NCBI RefSeq assembly: GCF_009914755.1
Contig: NC_060929.1
Source of the DNA: the human T2T-CHM13v2.0 reference genome, Homo sapiens
Length of the DNA: 64,000 bases
Strand: one strand, 5' to 3'
Shown: piece by piece, positions 13,946 through 26,628 of the stretch
How positions within the stretch are numbered: the stretch's first letter is position 1
Layout of the letters: every line of letters begins with the position of its first letter
Position numbers and translations under genes: made by a program
The notes under the pieces: generated by a model
What the model was told of the DNA's origin: nothing
What the model saw: only the letters and a program-made list of their open reading frames with translations
The model's database searches: none

Positions 13946-13957
13946 ATCTCGCGAGAT
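13946..13957. promoter_or_regulatory. TCTCGCGAGA (CGCG element, BANP-type motif)
   Basis: Perfect 12-bp palindrome ATCTCGCGAGAT containing the consensus motif of a class of CpG-island promoters. Confidence 0.8.
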
Positions 13958-14479
13958 TTCGGGCTCAGCCCAAGTACTGCGAGTTCACCAAAGCGGGGGG
14001 AAAAAAAAAAAGCCAGCGTGCGAGAGCCTCTGAAGCCGTGGCTGGGGCGCTGGGGTGGCAGCTGCCGCGGGAGCATCAGCTACCGGCGTGAGGCGAGGCA
14101 GGGCACGCGCGCCGTCCGCAGCCCCGTTGCCTGGGCTGCAGGTCCACTGACGCGCGGCCCCTGGGTGGAGAGAGGGGAGGTGGCCTGGGAGCCCGCTCCT
14201 TTTCGCCGCAGAGCGCGGCGGGGGAGGGAGGTGAAGGCGTGGGAGGAAGGCGGCGGAAGAGGAGGTAGCCGCGCGGAGATCCTCCCGGCGACATCACTGA
14301 GGCGGAGCGTAGCCGCGCCTGCTCCCCGATCGCGCCGTTCGTGCTGCCCGCACTGCCCGAGGCCCTTTGCGGACTGGCTGGCCGCGCTCTTCGCACGGGG
14401 CGCTTTTGCGTGGGGTCGCGCAGGAGCCGCGGAGGGCCGGATCGCTGAGGGAGCGTCAGCCGCGCGCCGCTGCGGGACC

Positions 14480-15627
<1,148 letters not shown>

Positions 15628-18139
15628 TGAGGTGGCGGGAGTAGTAGACGTGCACGACTTGCTGGCATCTCTGGATTCAGCTGTCAAGGGTGGAATTGCC
15701 GAGGAATGTTAACTTAATCTCTCAAAAGTTTGTAGCGGGTTTGGCTAGTTACGTGATACCGGAGGGCTGCCTCTAACAACCTTCCCCATCCAGTTAGGTA
15801 TCTCGTGTGCACTTTCTTTCCCACCCACGCTCAACAGTCACCATCCCTCTGAATGACAGTAGTGTTTGTGGGCCCTTTAGAGGAGAATGTGCAGTGAGGA
15901 TCTCTCGAGAGAGGTTGGAGAGCACCTACCATCTGTGTCGTTTTGAAAGATTGTGTTGTGTGGCTTATGTACGCCTATTAGGGATCGCAAGAGTGGGAAT
16001 GTTGCTGTTTGAAGGAAAACCTTAACAGGGTGTGTTTATGGTCTATGAGTTATTAAAGCTCAATTCTTGCAATCTTGAATATACAAAGGATCATAGAGAT
16101 CTTGTCTTGGGACACGCTGTTCCTAATAATGGCATAACTCTTTTTTTTTGCGATGAAAACGTTTTGGGAGAGGTGTATATTTAAAAAAAAAGGGACAGAG
16201 GCGAGTCTTTAAAGAAAAAAGGGAAACAGGAGAATTGGTTTTTCTGTAGAGGATGACCAGAAAGACCTGTGGGGTCTTTGCCATAAGCAGTTACACTTTG
16301 TAAACAGAAAACCATCCCCATAAACTCATTGATTTTTGTAACTATTTTTTATGGTCACATAAGACTTATTTCTTCAGCGTTCAATGTCACTGTTTTGAGA
16401 TAACATTGATGCTTTTGAGATTTCGTTAATGTTTAACTTTTTTATGAGCCGGGATTACTTGAAGTCTTCCTTTACAAGTGTGTAATGACTACATTGATGG
16501 AATTTGTGAACGCAAGAGGATGGTACCACATAGGTTGAAATGATCACAGTTTGGACAAGTTTAAATCCAGTATGTGATTTCTTTTGGATATGATTATTTG
16601 ATCTCATACAGTGATTTCATACAAGATTGTACTTGTCCCAGTGTTTGATAATGTAACATTCACACAGAGGTAATTACAGAGCTCTTACAGCTTATTGATT
16701 GTTTAAAAGCCTGAGATCATTTAGCTTTAGATAATACTATTCTTGTTATTCCATTGTGGTATTTTGTCATAATCAGAAGCAAAACAATGTCTAAAACATT
16801 TTTTATTCATACTCCTGTAGTTTCTATCAAGTCTATTCTTTTTTCTTTTCAAAACTCAAAAATCATTGTAGACAAAAGTAGATATGGAGCTGGCAATTTT
16901 CATTATCTTAGGACAGTTTTACTAATGAAAATATTATACAGATATATTTTAGATTTATTTTACCAAAGCCAAGTATGTGAGCAGTAAAGTGATCTGTATT
17001 TACCCATAAGTTTTAGAAAGACATCCAATTGAAAGGTATATATGTTGAGCTTATATGCTTCCTAGGGAAGTTTTTGCTACTTTAAATTAAATTATCTCAA
17101 TAACAAAGCACTTCAAGTTCTCCAAAACTTTAGATTTGTGTGTTTGTGTTTTTTGCTTGGCTTTTTGGTTCAAAGTATCTAAAAAACAACACCTGTACTG
17201 TTAGTTGTATGGTAGTTGAAGAAATCACCCAACCTCTTAGCTTCAGCTTTTCAGGGTTATCATGAAGATTAGAAAAAAAGCGCAATAAAAATGACCATGT
17301 TCAGTGCCTGGAAAATAATACCTAGTTGTTATTTCCCTCTTATATTGGCCCTTCAGAAGACTCTAGGATCTCAATTTTAGATTCTGTTAATTCTTACGTT
17401 ATTAGGTGAATGTAGTATATAAATATTATGTTCAGTTTCATTTATGCAACAGGTACTTTAATTCTTTGTAGTTTACCTTCTGCCACTCATAATCTTTATG
17501 GCCACTGTTTTATTGGCTTAACTAATAACTACATGTTGAAGATAATTTTGCTTAGAATTTTAGCAGATGGATTAAAGAAATGGGTGTTAAGTAGTACAAA
17601 TATGACTATACATCACTGTCGAAAGAGGGGCAGACAGGAGGGGTTATAACAGGTTGGCTGGATCCCCAGAAGTTGTCCCTTACTCTGTCTAAATTGACTT
17701 CTACCTCTCTAACACCTTCTGTAATGTTTCTAGCCTTCAGTGAATTATAATATTTAGAATTTTTATAACACCTAATTCTAGCAGTCGATTGATTGGCATA
17801 TACTCTACTTTGGTCTACTAAGTGCATAATTATCTACCATGGGACTAACTCTGTGTTGGGAACTACAGAAGAAGAAAAGAAGTAAAATACTTCAGAAACT
17901 TGTTAGGGAAAAGGACTGGATTGTCTTCCCTCCAGTTGAATTCCTTTCATTATCCATCACTGACTTTTTAAAAGTATTTTGTCTAGATGTCCAACTGTAG
18001 GGGAAAAGATAAATATCCTTGGTGCATCTTGCTATATTATATAGCCATTCTAGGACCAGTAGGCATGAGTTCTCCATTTATGAGTTATTGGGGAAGGGGG
18101 TATCTTAGATGTTGACAACATGCTTGTGACATTGTGGGA

Positions 18140-18840
18140 TTATGTGGTGATTAGCAAACCAGTTACTGCTTCTGCCTAGACAGACATTAACAAAGTAGTT
18201 GGACAAATAACATAGTTAATAACTGTTTTTTAAGTGTTACGAAAGAAAAGGATACTTGTAAAGATAGAATAGGACCTAATTTTAATTGGGTTTTGGGAAG
18301 GCGTTTTTTTGAGAAGTATGACATTGAAGCTGAGACCTGAAGGGTAAGTTGATGATTGGGTGGAATGACAGTCCTGACCAAAGGGACAGCGCACATGAAG
18401 GTAATGGGGTGAGAAAGAGTGGTATATTAACATAACTAAAAGGAGATAACTATTTTTCATTATAAATGTAGTGGGACGCTATTGAAGAATTTTGTGTGGG
18501 GTAGCCACATGACCCATTTTGTTTTAACATCTTTAGGCTCTGGGTGGAGAATGGATTGGCAGGGGCAAGAATGGAAGCAAAGAGACTCAAGTGATTACTG
18601 TGGTCTGGTTGAGAGATAGTAAAGGTTGGTGGCACAAAGGATTGGATGTGGGAGTGAGAAAGAAGCTGACTTGTAGATTTTGAACTTGAGAAACTTAATA
18701 GATGTTGGTACTGTTGCTTGAGATGAGAAATACTGGAGGAGGAATAGATTTGGTGGTTGGGAGAAGTTTGTATTTGAGGCTATTCTGTTTCAGTAGCCTA
18801 TAAAGACAAAGACAACTTATTCCAAGAGTCGTGGAGGAGG

Positions 18841-18877
<37 letters not shown>

Positions 18878-19130
18878 TGTATATAAACATATGTAAATAT
18901 ATATATTTACATATAAAGATTTGGTTGCTTAAGGTCATGGACTAAATTACTTAGGGAGAGTGGTAGATAAGAGAACAGAAAATAGGGTCTGGCATTGGAC
19001 TTGGAGATTGTTTAAAGGTCTGTTAGAGATTGAGGAGCCATTAGCAAAGGAAATTAAGGAAGAGCTGCCATACTGTCAAATAGCCTGGAGAGCAGTGTTG
19101 GGGGAAGCTGAGAGAAAAGAGTTTTTGGAA
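18140..19130. mobile_element. L2 fragments
   Basis: gacattgaagctgagacctgaagg, ggtggagaatggattggcaggggcaagaatggaagc, ggaggaatagatttgg. Boundaries approximate. Confidence 0.65.
18844..18876. repeat. (TG)16 microsatellite
   Basis: Read directly from the sequence. Confidence 0.97.
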
Positions 19131-19685
19131 AGGCAGAAACTCTTCAAAGCTGATGCTAGGAATTGATTTAAAAATGTATATACGTACACACACAGAGTGA
19201 AAAATCAAAGTATGGATTTTTGGCCCTACAAGAAGAAATAAAAGGTGGAGGGTAACAAAGTATTTGATGGACATCTTCAACATGTATGATGGAATGCTAG
19301 ATTATCAAATGTGGAAAGTGGAGTGGTAGACAATCCATACTAGCTCCTACTGGATTTAAAGCATTATTAAAGTAGTTTTTTGTTTTTGTTTGTTTGTTTT
19401 TTGTGTGTGTGTTTTACTATTTTGTGTTTTACTATTTTGACTGCTAAACCATAATTTCTAATATTTTTGTTTTTAAAGGTAGCATTACCATTGCAGTTGT
19501 CCTTGGGCCAAGGCTTAGGAGCCTTTTGCTGGTGGTATGTCAAGGGTTTCTATATGATTCCTGTATTTTTGCCTTTCTCATTAACAAGGGGAAAGGTCAA
19601 GGGAGCAACTATATTGTCTTTCATGTGTCACTTTGCTTGTTGGATTTTCATTAATTCCTAAGAAATAGGTCTTATACACATTTTA

Positions 19686-20242
<557 letters not shown>

Positions 20243-20973
20243 TAGTAGTACAGCTCAATTTGGACTTCACATCCAGGTTTTTCTGACTTTAATGCTAGGA
20301 CATAGTAGCAGCAGGTTCTTCTCTCTTTATCTTTTCTATCCCTTAGACCTGTTCTAAGATAACAAAGATGTTGAGGGGGACCCCTTGGGGATTACCACCA
20401 CCATTTCTCTACCTTGAACTCCTGAGAGTTGAATGATTATATAACTGACAGAAATCAAGAGATGTGATGATGTAAATATTATTATGACTTCTTCACTAGC
20501 ATCTGTATAAGTGTTTATCTTCATACAGAGAATAGGCACTTAATAAAGATTTGTTCATGGAATGTACAAATCAGGTGAGCAGTTCCTGTCACTTAACAAG
20601 GACTTTAAGTAAAACACTAAATAATTACAGAATCTCCTCTAACCATGAGCTGCTTCTCTGAGTGGGCTGTGTTGATGCCTAGTCAAGAAATTTCACACAC
20701 TATTAATCATTTCAGTGTATAGCTTTAGTCCTTGAAAGTCACCCTGGGGGAACAAGAATGTGTCTCTCGAGGGTGAGGGGAAGAGTAGAGTAGTGTCCAG
20801 AACTGGGTAAAGGTGGGACCCTGATAAGAAATATTTACATGTGGCAAAGTCAAATTTGGCTGATTTCACAGTTTTGCCAGGGGCTTTGCCCTGCTAAACC
20901 CATGCTACTTGCCATTGAAGTCAGGCTTACCCATAATACTAAATGCATTCCCCCAGGTGTACACTGACTGAAG

Positions 20974-22260
20974 TAGTTCTACAATGCGGCAAACAGGTAA
21001 AATTGCAGCTACTGCTTTGTTAAATAGAAAACAGCTTTTAATTTTTAGCATAAAAATTTCCTGGGTAGAAGGAAAGAAATTTTGGGATTTAAAATGTAGC
21101 AAAAAATCAGTACACTGCTAAATTGATATCTTCTCTGTGTGTATTTATGTTCATACATTTTAAAATCCTGTGAGACTAGAATTTAAAGGACCAAAATAGA
21201 GTTTCTTGGTTCTTATGTGTGGAGTGTGTTTGCTTTCAATGATATTTCATTATATGTTACATATATATATTTGGGAAGTCTATAGTATAGTCCTATGCTG
21301 AAGTGAAATAAATGTGAACCTAGTTATTCAACAAATCCTTGTTGAACATCAACAACAACACTGTTCTAAATGCTGGGGATATAGCAGTAAACAAAACAAA
21401 GTCATGGGGCTTTCATTCTAGCGGTAGGAGACAATAAACAAACAAAATTAAAGCAGGGCGAGGAAAATTAAAGGTGGCTAGATGATGGCTGGGTGATGCT
21501 GTTTTAGCATTGTTAGGGAAGACCTCTGATATGTGAGCAGGCTCTAGAAAGGGGTGACCCCCATGCAGATACCAGGGAAAGAACACTCTAGGCAGAGGAA
21601 CAACAGATACCAAGACCCTGAGATGGGAGTGTGCTTGGTGTGATGGAGAGACAGGGAGGTCAGCAAGACCGAATTGATGAGGCAGTGTGATAAAGTCAGG
21701 GGGTAGTGAGGACCAAATAGCGCAGAACCTTGCAGATCATGATAAAGACTTAGGATTTTACTCTGAGTGATTTAGGGGAAGGCATTGTAGGGTTTTGAGC
21801 ACAGATTTGACATGATCTGACTTATGTTTTCAAAATACCACGCTGATTGTTGTGTAGAGAATATACTGTAAGGGGGCAAGAGTAGAAGGCAGGAAACCAG
21901 TTAGAAGCCTACTGCAATGGTTCCATTAAGATGATAATGACTTTTACTAAGGTAGTAGTGATTGATACAATGAGAGGTGTTCAGATGCTGGATGTGTTTC
22001 AGAGGTAGAATTGTTGGGATTTGCTGATGGTTTGGATGAGGGGATGTATGGACAGAGTAATACTAGGGTTTTCCCCCTATTTAGAATGGAGTTGATATTA
22101 ATGGAGAAGTCTGTGAGAAGGGCAGGTTTGGGAGATGGACTCAAGATAGGGTTTCATTCTACAAATTAGTTCTCCAATGAGGCAAACAGGTAAAATTGCA
22201 GATACTGGTTTGTTAAATAGTAGAACTTAAGAAAACAGCTTTCATTTTTAGCGTAAAAAT
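20974..22260. repeat. Dispersed direct repeat: 20974-21057 and 22167-22260
   Basis: tagttct.caatg.ggcaaacaggtaaaattgcag.tactg.tttgttaaatag...aaaacagcttt...tttttagc.taaaaat. About 6 substitutions, an 11-bp indel and a 1-bp indel. Confidence 0.93.
21325..22150. mobile_element. L2 fragment
   Basis: attcaacaaat, ctgttctaaatgctggggatatagcagtaaacaaaacaaag, ctaggcagaggaacaaca, ggattttactctgagtga, gacatgatctgacttatgtttt. Confidence 0.85.
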
Positions 22261-23139
22261 GTGCTTTTGCTCTTCAGGTAAAACCATGAAAACTAGTAGT
22301 CTTTCAAATACTGTACAAAGGGGTAGGGAACTAGTGGGTTGATTCCACAAAGTGAAAGCCCACTGAGGGTGAGCAACAAGGAAAATTACTTAAAATACTG
22401 AAGTTAAAAACATTAGTGGTGTCTCATTTAAACCATGAAAGCTACTATCAGCTGAGGCCCTCCTTTGTCTTTTTCCATTTTCACTAGGATCTCTACCAAC
22501 ACTAGCTTAAAGCTATTATGAAAAACTTGGAGCTGGTAGAGAACTTGGGGGTTTCTAATTGGAAGAAGGGGGAAAGCCAAAAAGAAAAAATAGCTTAGTG
22601 GAATGTTGACTCTCAGCAGAAGCTAATTATGGCTAGTACACTCATAGTATCATTGGACTCAGAAATTTCCCTGCCTTAATTTTTAAAAAAATTCTGTGCT
22701 TTTTCTGAATAGTCACAAATTAGATATTCATCTAGGTTCAGAATTCTGGAAACCTGTGGGATAGTTCTTTGTTGGGTAAGTGTGAATTAGTTCTTCCATC
22801 AGTTTAGTTTCAAACAGAATTTGGTATGGTATGCTAGCCATTTTGGAGACTTTTGCAAGGGAGCGTAGGTGGTTTGGCAGGGCAGGCTTGAGTATTCCAG
22901 TGGGGAAAGACTTAGAGGACCCTAATCATTAGAGACCTGCCCTTCCCACAGACTTCTCCATTAATATCAACTCCATTCTAAATAGGTATTACTCTGTCCA
23001 TACATCCCCATCCAGACTATCAGCAAATCTGAACAATTATACGTTTGAAACACATCCAGTATCTCAATACCTCTCATTGTATCAGTCACAACCACTTTGG
23101 TAAAAGCCCATTATCATCTTAATGGAACCATTGCAGTAG
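21909..23139. repeat. Long inverted repeat: arms 21909-22127 and 22935-23139, 807-bp spacer
   Basis: Manual alignment gives 17 substitutions and 3 indels (1, 2 and 13 bp) over about 205 bp. Confidence 0.95.
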
Positions 23140-23321
23140 CCAAGATGAGAGGAAGGGGGTGATTAAAACATTTAGCTGCAATTCAAGAATTGGGCTATAG
23201 GGCTGACGGTCTTGGAAAGAGGTAGGAAACTTCACAGAGCATGTCTGGACTGAGGACCCCAGTCCGAAGTTTGGACTAGCAGTTGTTGTGATTATGGCCT
23301 GTTACCATTTAAGGTCTTTAT

Positions 23322-23630
23322 CAGTGCTGTCCGATAGAAATATAATATGAACTACATATGTCATTTAAAAAAGTAAAGAATCAGGCAAAATTAATTTATA
23401 ATATACCGTATTTTATTTGACACTGTGTCTAAAACATTCATTGCAGATATAATGAATATTAAAACATTTATAATGAGATATCTCAATTTCTTTTTTTTGT
23501 ACAAAGTTTGAAACCCCGTGTGTTTTTCACATACAGTACAGCACATCTCAATTCAGACAAACATTTCAATGGTGTTGAAGTAGTAGCTCCTTGTGACCTT
23601 TGATTACTATATTGGACAGTGTAGATGTAA
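23322..23630. mobile_element. MER33/MER3-like hAT DNA transposon
   Basis: TIRs cagtgctgtccgata / tattggacagtgtag, internal acagcacatctcaattcagac. Confidence 0.8.
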
Positions 23631-23799
23631 ACAGTACTTGGCAGTTTGGTTCTGAGGTCCTATGATTTTCATTTTTCTTCTTGGATATTTAACTGTTCCT
23701 GTCAATAGTTTACTTCTGTTAAAGAAATTTGAGTAGCTTCTATCTGACAGAAAAAGCGGAATATTTTATTTAACTCTCATTCCTTTCCAGGTACAAGCT

Positions 23800-25115
23800 C
23801 TTTCCTTCCTTCCTCAGCCAGACTTGTTGAGAGTATTGTTTATAATTGCCGTCTTTCCTTCCTTACCTTTTACTCAAACTGCTGTAGTGTGGCTTCTATT
23901 TTGCATAAATAGTTCTTGTTAAAGTCACAAGTGATCTCCATTCTTATCACAAATTTCAGGAAGTTTTTGTTTTGTTCTGTTTTGTTTTGTTTTGAGCAGT
24001 GTTCAGCTTTCAGGCAGCATTTGGTGTTCTTTTGAAGTGTTTTGGTCACTTCCTTGGCTTCTTAGTTTTCCTTCTGCCTTTCTGACTCTTTCAGCCTCGC
24101 ATCCTTTGCAGTCGCCTCCTTCTCTAACCTGAACATCCTCAAGGCTTTATTTGGACTTTTCTCCTTCCTTGTTCCTCTTTTTTCTCTCCTTATGCTACAT
24201 CATCTGTAGTCCAATGACTCCCGAAATTTCGTCTTCTACCCACACTCCTCTGAGTTCTGGGTATCCAATGCTTGCTTGACATTTTTGTTTTATGTCTCAA
24301 AGATAACTCAAGCTCACAAACTTAGTATTTCTTCCCATTCCCTCCAGAAACAAGAATCCAGGCCCTCTGCCAGTGTGTGCTATATCTCTCGGAATGGTAC
24401 CACTATTCATCATACTGCAAAAGTGAGAAACCTATGAGTCATCCTTGACACTTTTCTCTCATTCCCCCATCCAATCACTGAGTTCTGTCAACTTGAATTT
24501 CTAAATATTCTTTTCATCTAAGCTGCTACCATCCTATTAGGTTGGTGTAAAAGTAATTGCATTTTTTGACATTGAAAGTAATGCCAAAAACCGCAATGAC
24601 TTTTGCACCAACAAAGCTGCAGCAATAGCCTTGTAACTGGGCTTCTCATATTCACTGTGCTTTCCCATCACTATTGTGCCCAAAACAAAACTGATCATTG
24701 TTGCCCAATGCTCCCTGCATTGTCTATTTCTGGTTTGCCTCTTCTTCAGTGTTTCACTTACTCAGTGGCACAATAATTCTTTGGTCACGTGGCCTTTGTA
24801 CATGGTACTCTCCATGGACTCTTCCTCTCCCTTCCACCATTCCATACACCCACTGTTAACTTTCAGTTTAAGATTTCACCTCAGTCCTTATTTCTTTTGA
24901 GAGGAGGCCTTCATCCTCCAGTCTAGAACAAACTCATTTTCCCTTAATGGCTTTAGTTAGTGGTAGTATATCTATTAACATGGTTGCTTGAGTCAACTTA
25001 AGCTAACTTCAAGCTCCATGAGAAGCTGACTTTGTGATTGATCACCATTATGTCCTTTGCTATCTAGTATAGGCCTGACACAGTAGACCCTCAATCGATA
25101 CATATTGAATAATAG
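23800..25115. mobile_element. L2 fragments (opposite orientation to the 21.3-22.1 kb copy)
   Basis: cttgttaaagtcacaagtgatctcca, cagcatttggt, aaacctatgagtcatccttgac, ggcctgacacagtagaccctcaat...gaat. Confidence 0.65.
24537..24612. mobile_element. MADE1 (Hsmar1-derived MITE)
   Basis: ttaggttggtgtaaaagtaattgc...gcaatgacttttgcaccaac, an ~80-bp near-palindrome. The right end lacks its last few bases. Confidence 0.92.
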
Positions 25116-25654
25116 GCCTAATTCTTTACATATTAATGTGGTACAAAAGAATCTTACCTACCTTATATCTGTTGTCTAGATTCTCTAAAGAATGTTTGGC
25201 AGAGAAATTGCCCTGTTTTGCGTATGTGGTGTTTAAGACCCAAAAGAACTAAATGACCTGTCCAAAATCATAGACATGCAGAGCTAGCATTGGAAATTGG
25301 GGCAGGCATTACTGAGTCTCAGTTGGCATTCATTTCAATATCCTACAGTTTAATACTGCATAAGCTCTTGTTATTTTGGTGACTTTTTTTTTCTTTTTTA
25401 AATACTCATGACAAATGTTTTTATATCCATTGAATATAAAATAGAAAAGATTTAGGCTGCAGAGTTCTAGTGTATGGATGTATCTCTTCCTAGTAGAAAA
25501 ATGTTCAAAAAATTAAGAATAAGAAAGTTTCTTATACATGGAATCTTAGTTTTTTGTATTTCCTCTGCCATCCCCTGTCCATATCTTCCAAAAGTATGAT
25601 ATAAATTTTTAAATGTAATATGGGTTGTACTTTCCAGTAACTCGTAACTTGTGG

Positions 25655-25820
25655 CTGTTAAATTTAACTTTAAATTAACATTGTGTTAAAAATTCAGTTC
25701 TTCAGTTACTTGAGTCACATTTTAAGTACTTAATAACCACATTTGGCTAGTTGTTATCATTGGACAATTGAGATACCAAAGATTTCCATCATCACAGAAA
25801 GATATATTAGATAGTGCTGT
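25655..25820. mobile_element. MER3-like fragment
   Basis: aaaattcagttcttcagttac, taataaccacatttggctagt, ttccatcatcacagaaag. Confidence 0.65.
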
Positions 25821-26409
25821 CAAGGGAGGTGATATCTAAAATAACTCTTTTCCTTCATTCATTCTTTCTTTTCTTAATTCCTTTTCTTCCACATTAGTGA
25901 CTACTAGTTTAAAGTCATTAGAGAGTCTAATGTTCTTCTAATTTTGCATAGGATCCTTCCTTAAATAAAAGTGTCTGGAACATTAGGTTCTCAATGAAGT
26001 GTTTCAATCAGTGGAATCTGTTTTCTTTGTGAGAGTGGAGATTTGGGTCTTTAAAGGCCTGTGAATAATTTAATATTGTATTGTTAGAAATGTTAGTTTC
26101 CAAAGCATTCTTAAGTTACATATCTGCATTTGGTCTTCAGTCTCAGGAGTAGGTGGGTTTTTTTAGAAGGTCCTGGAGTAACAGTCTCATTTTGCAAGGC
26201 TGTAGTTTGTCTTCAAGATAATACCTGGTAGGGCAGAATCTTTTTGAAACCAGGTCTCGGTATCCCAATTTTTTTCTTTTGGACCAGTGATTCCAAAATT
26301 TCTAAAAGAACCACCTGGGGAAAAATGGCTGTTTCCCATTTCCCAAAGAATATGTGCAGTGTTTTGTTTTTATAAACAGGCAAAGTATGTTTTATTCAAC
26401 CTCTTAGAG

Positions 26410-26628
26410 CAAGTTTGACCACCTTACAACCTGCGGGCCACATGTGGCCCAGGACAGCTTTGAATGTGGCCCAACACAAATTTGTAAACTTTCTTAAAAC
26501 ATTATGAAATTTTTTTTGCAATTAAAAAAAAAACTCATTAGCTATTATTAATGTTAGTGTATTTTATGTGTGGCCTAAGCCAATTCTTCCAGTATGGCCA
26601 AGGGAAGTCAAAAGATTGGATACTCCTG
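26410..26628. mobile_element. MER30 hAT DNA transposon
   Basis: ggcccaggacagctttgaatgtggcccaacacaaatttgtaaactttcttaaaacattatg and 8-bp TSD TCTTAGAG. Confidence 0.9.

Noticed and set aside
19408-19438. 15-bp tandem duplication TGTGTTTTACTATTT
   Set aside because: Simple slippage in a low-complexity GT-rich patch.
22221-22241. Exact 21-nt match TAGAACTTAAGAAAACAGCTT also at 55327-55347
   Set aside because: The distant copy is a collinear part of a MER21-like LTR, the flanks do not align and the word is AT-rich. Most likely chance.
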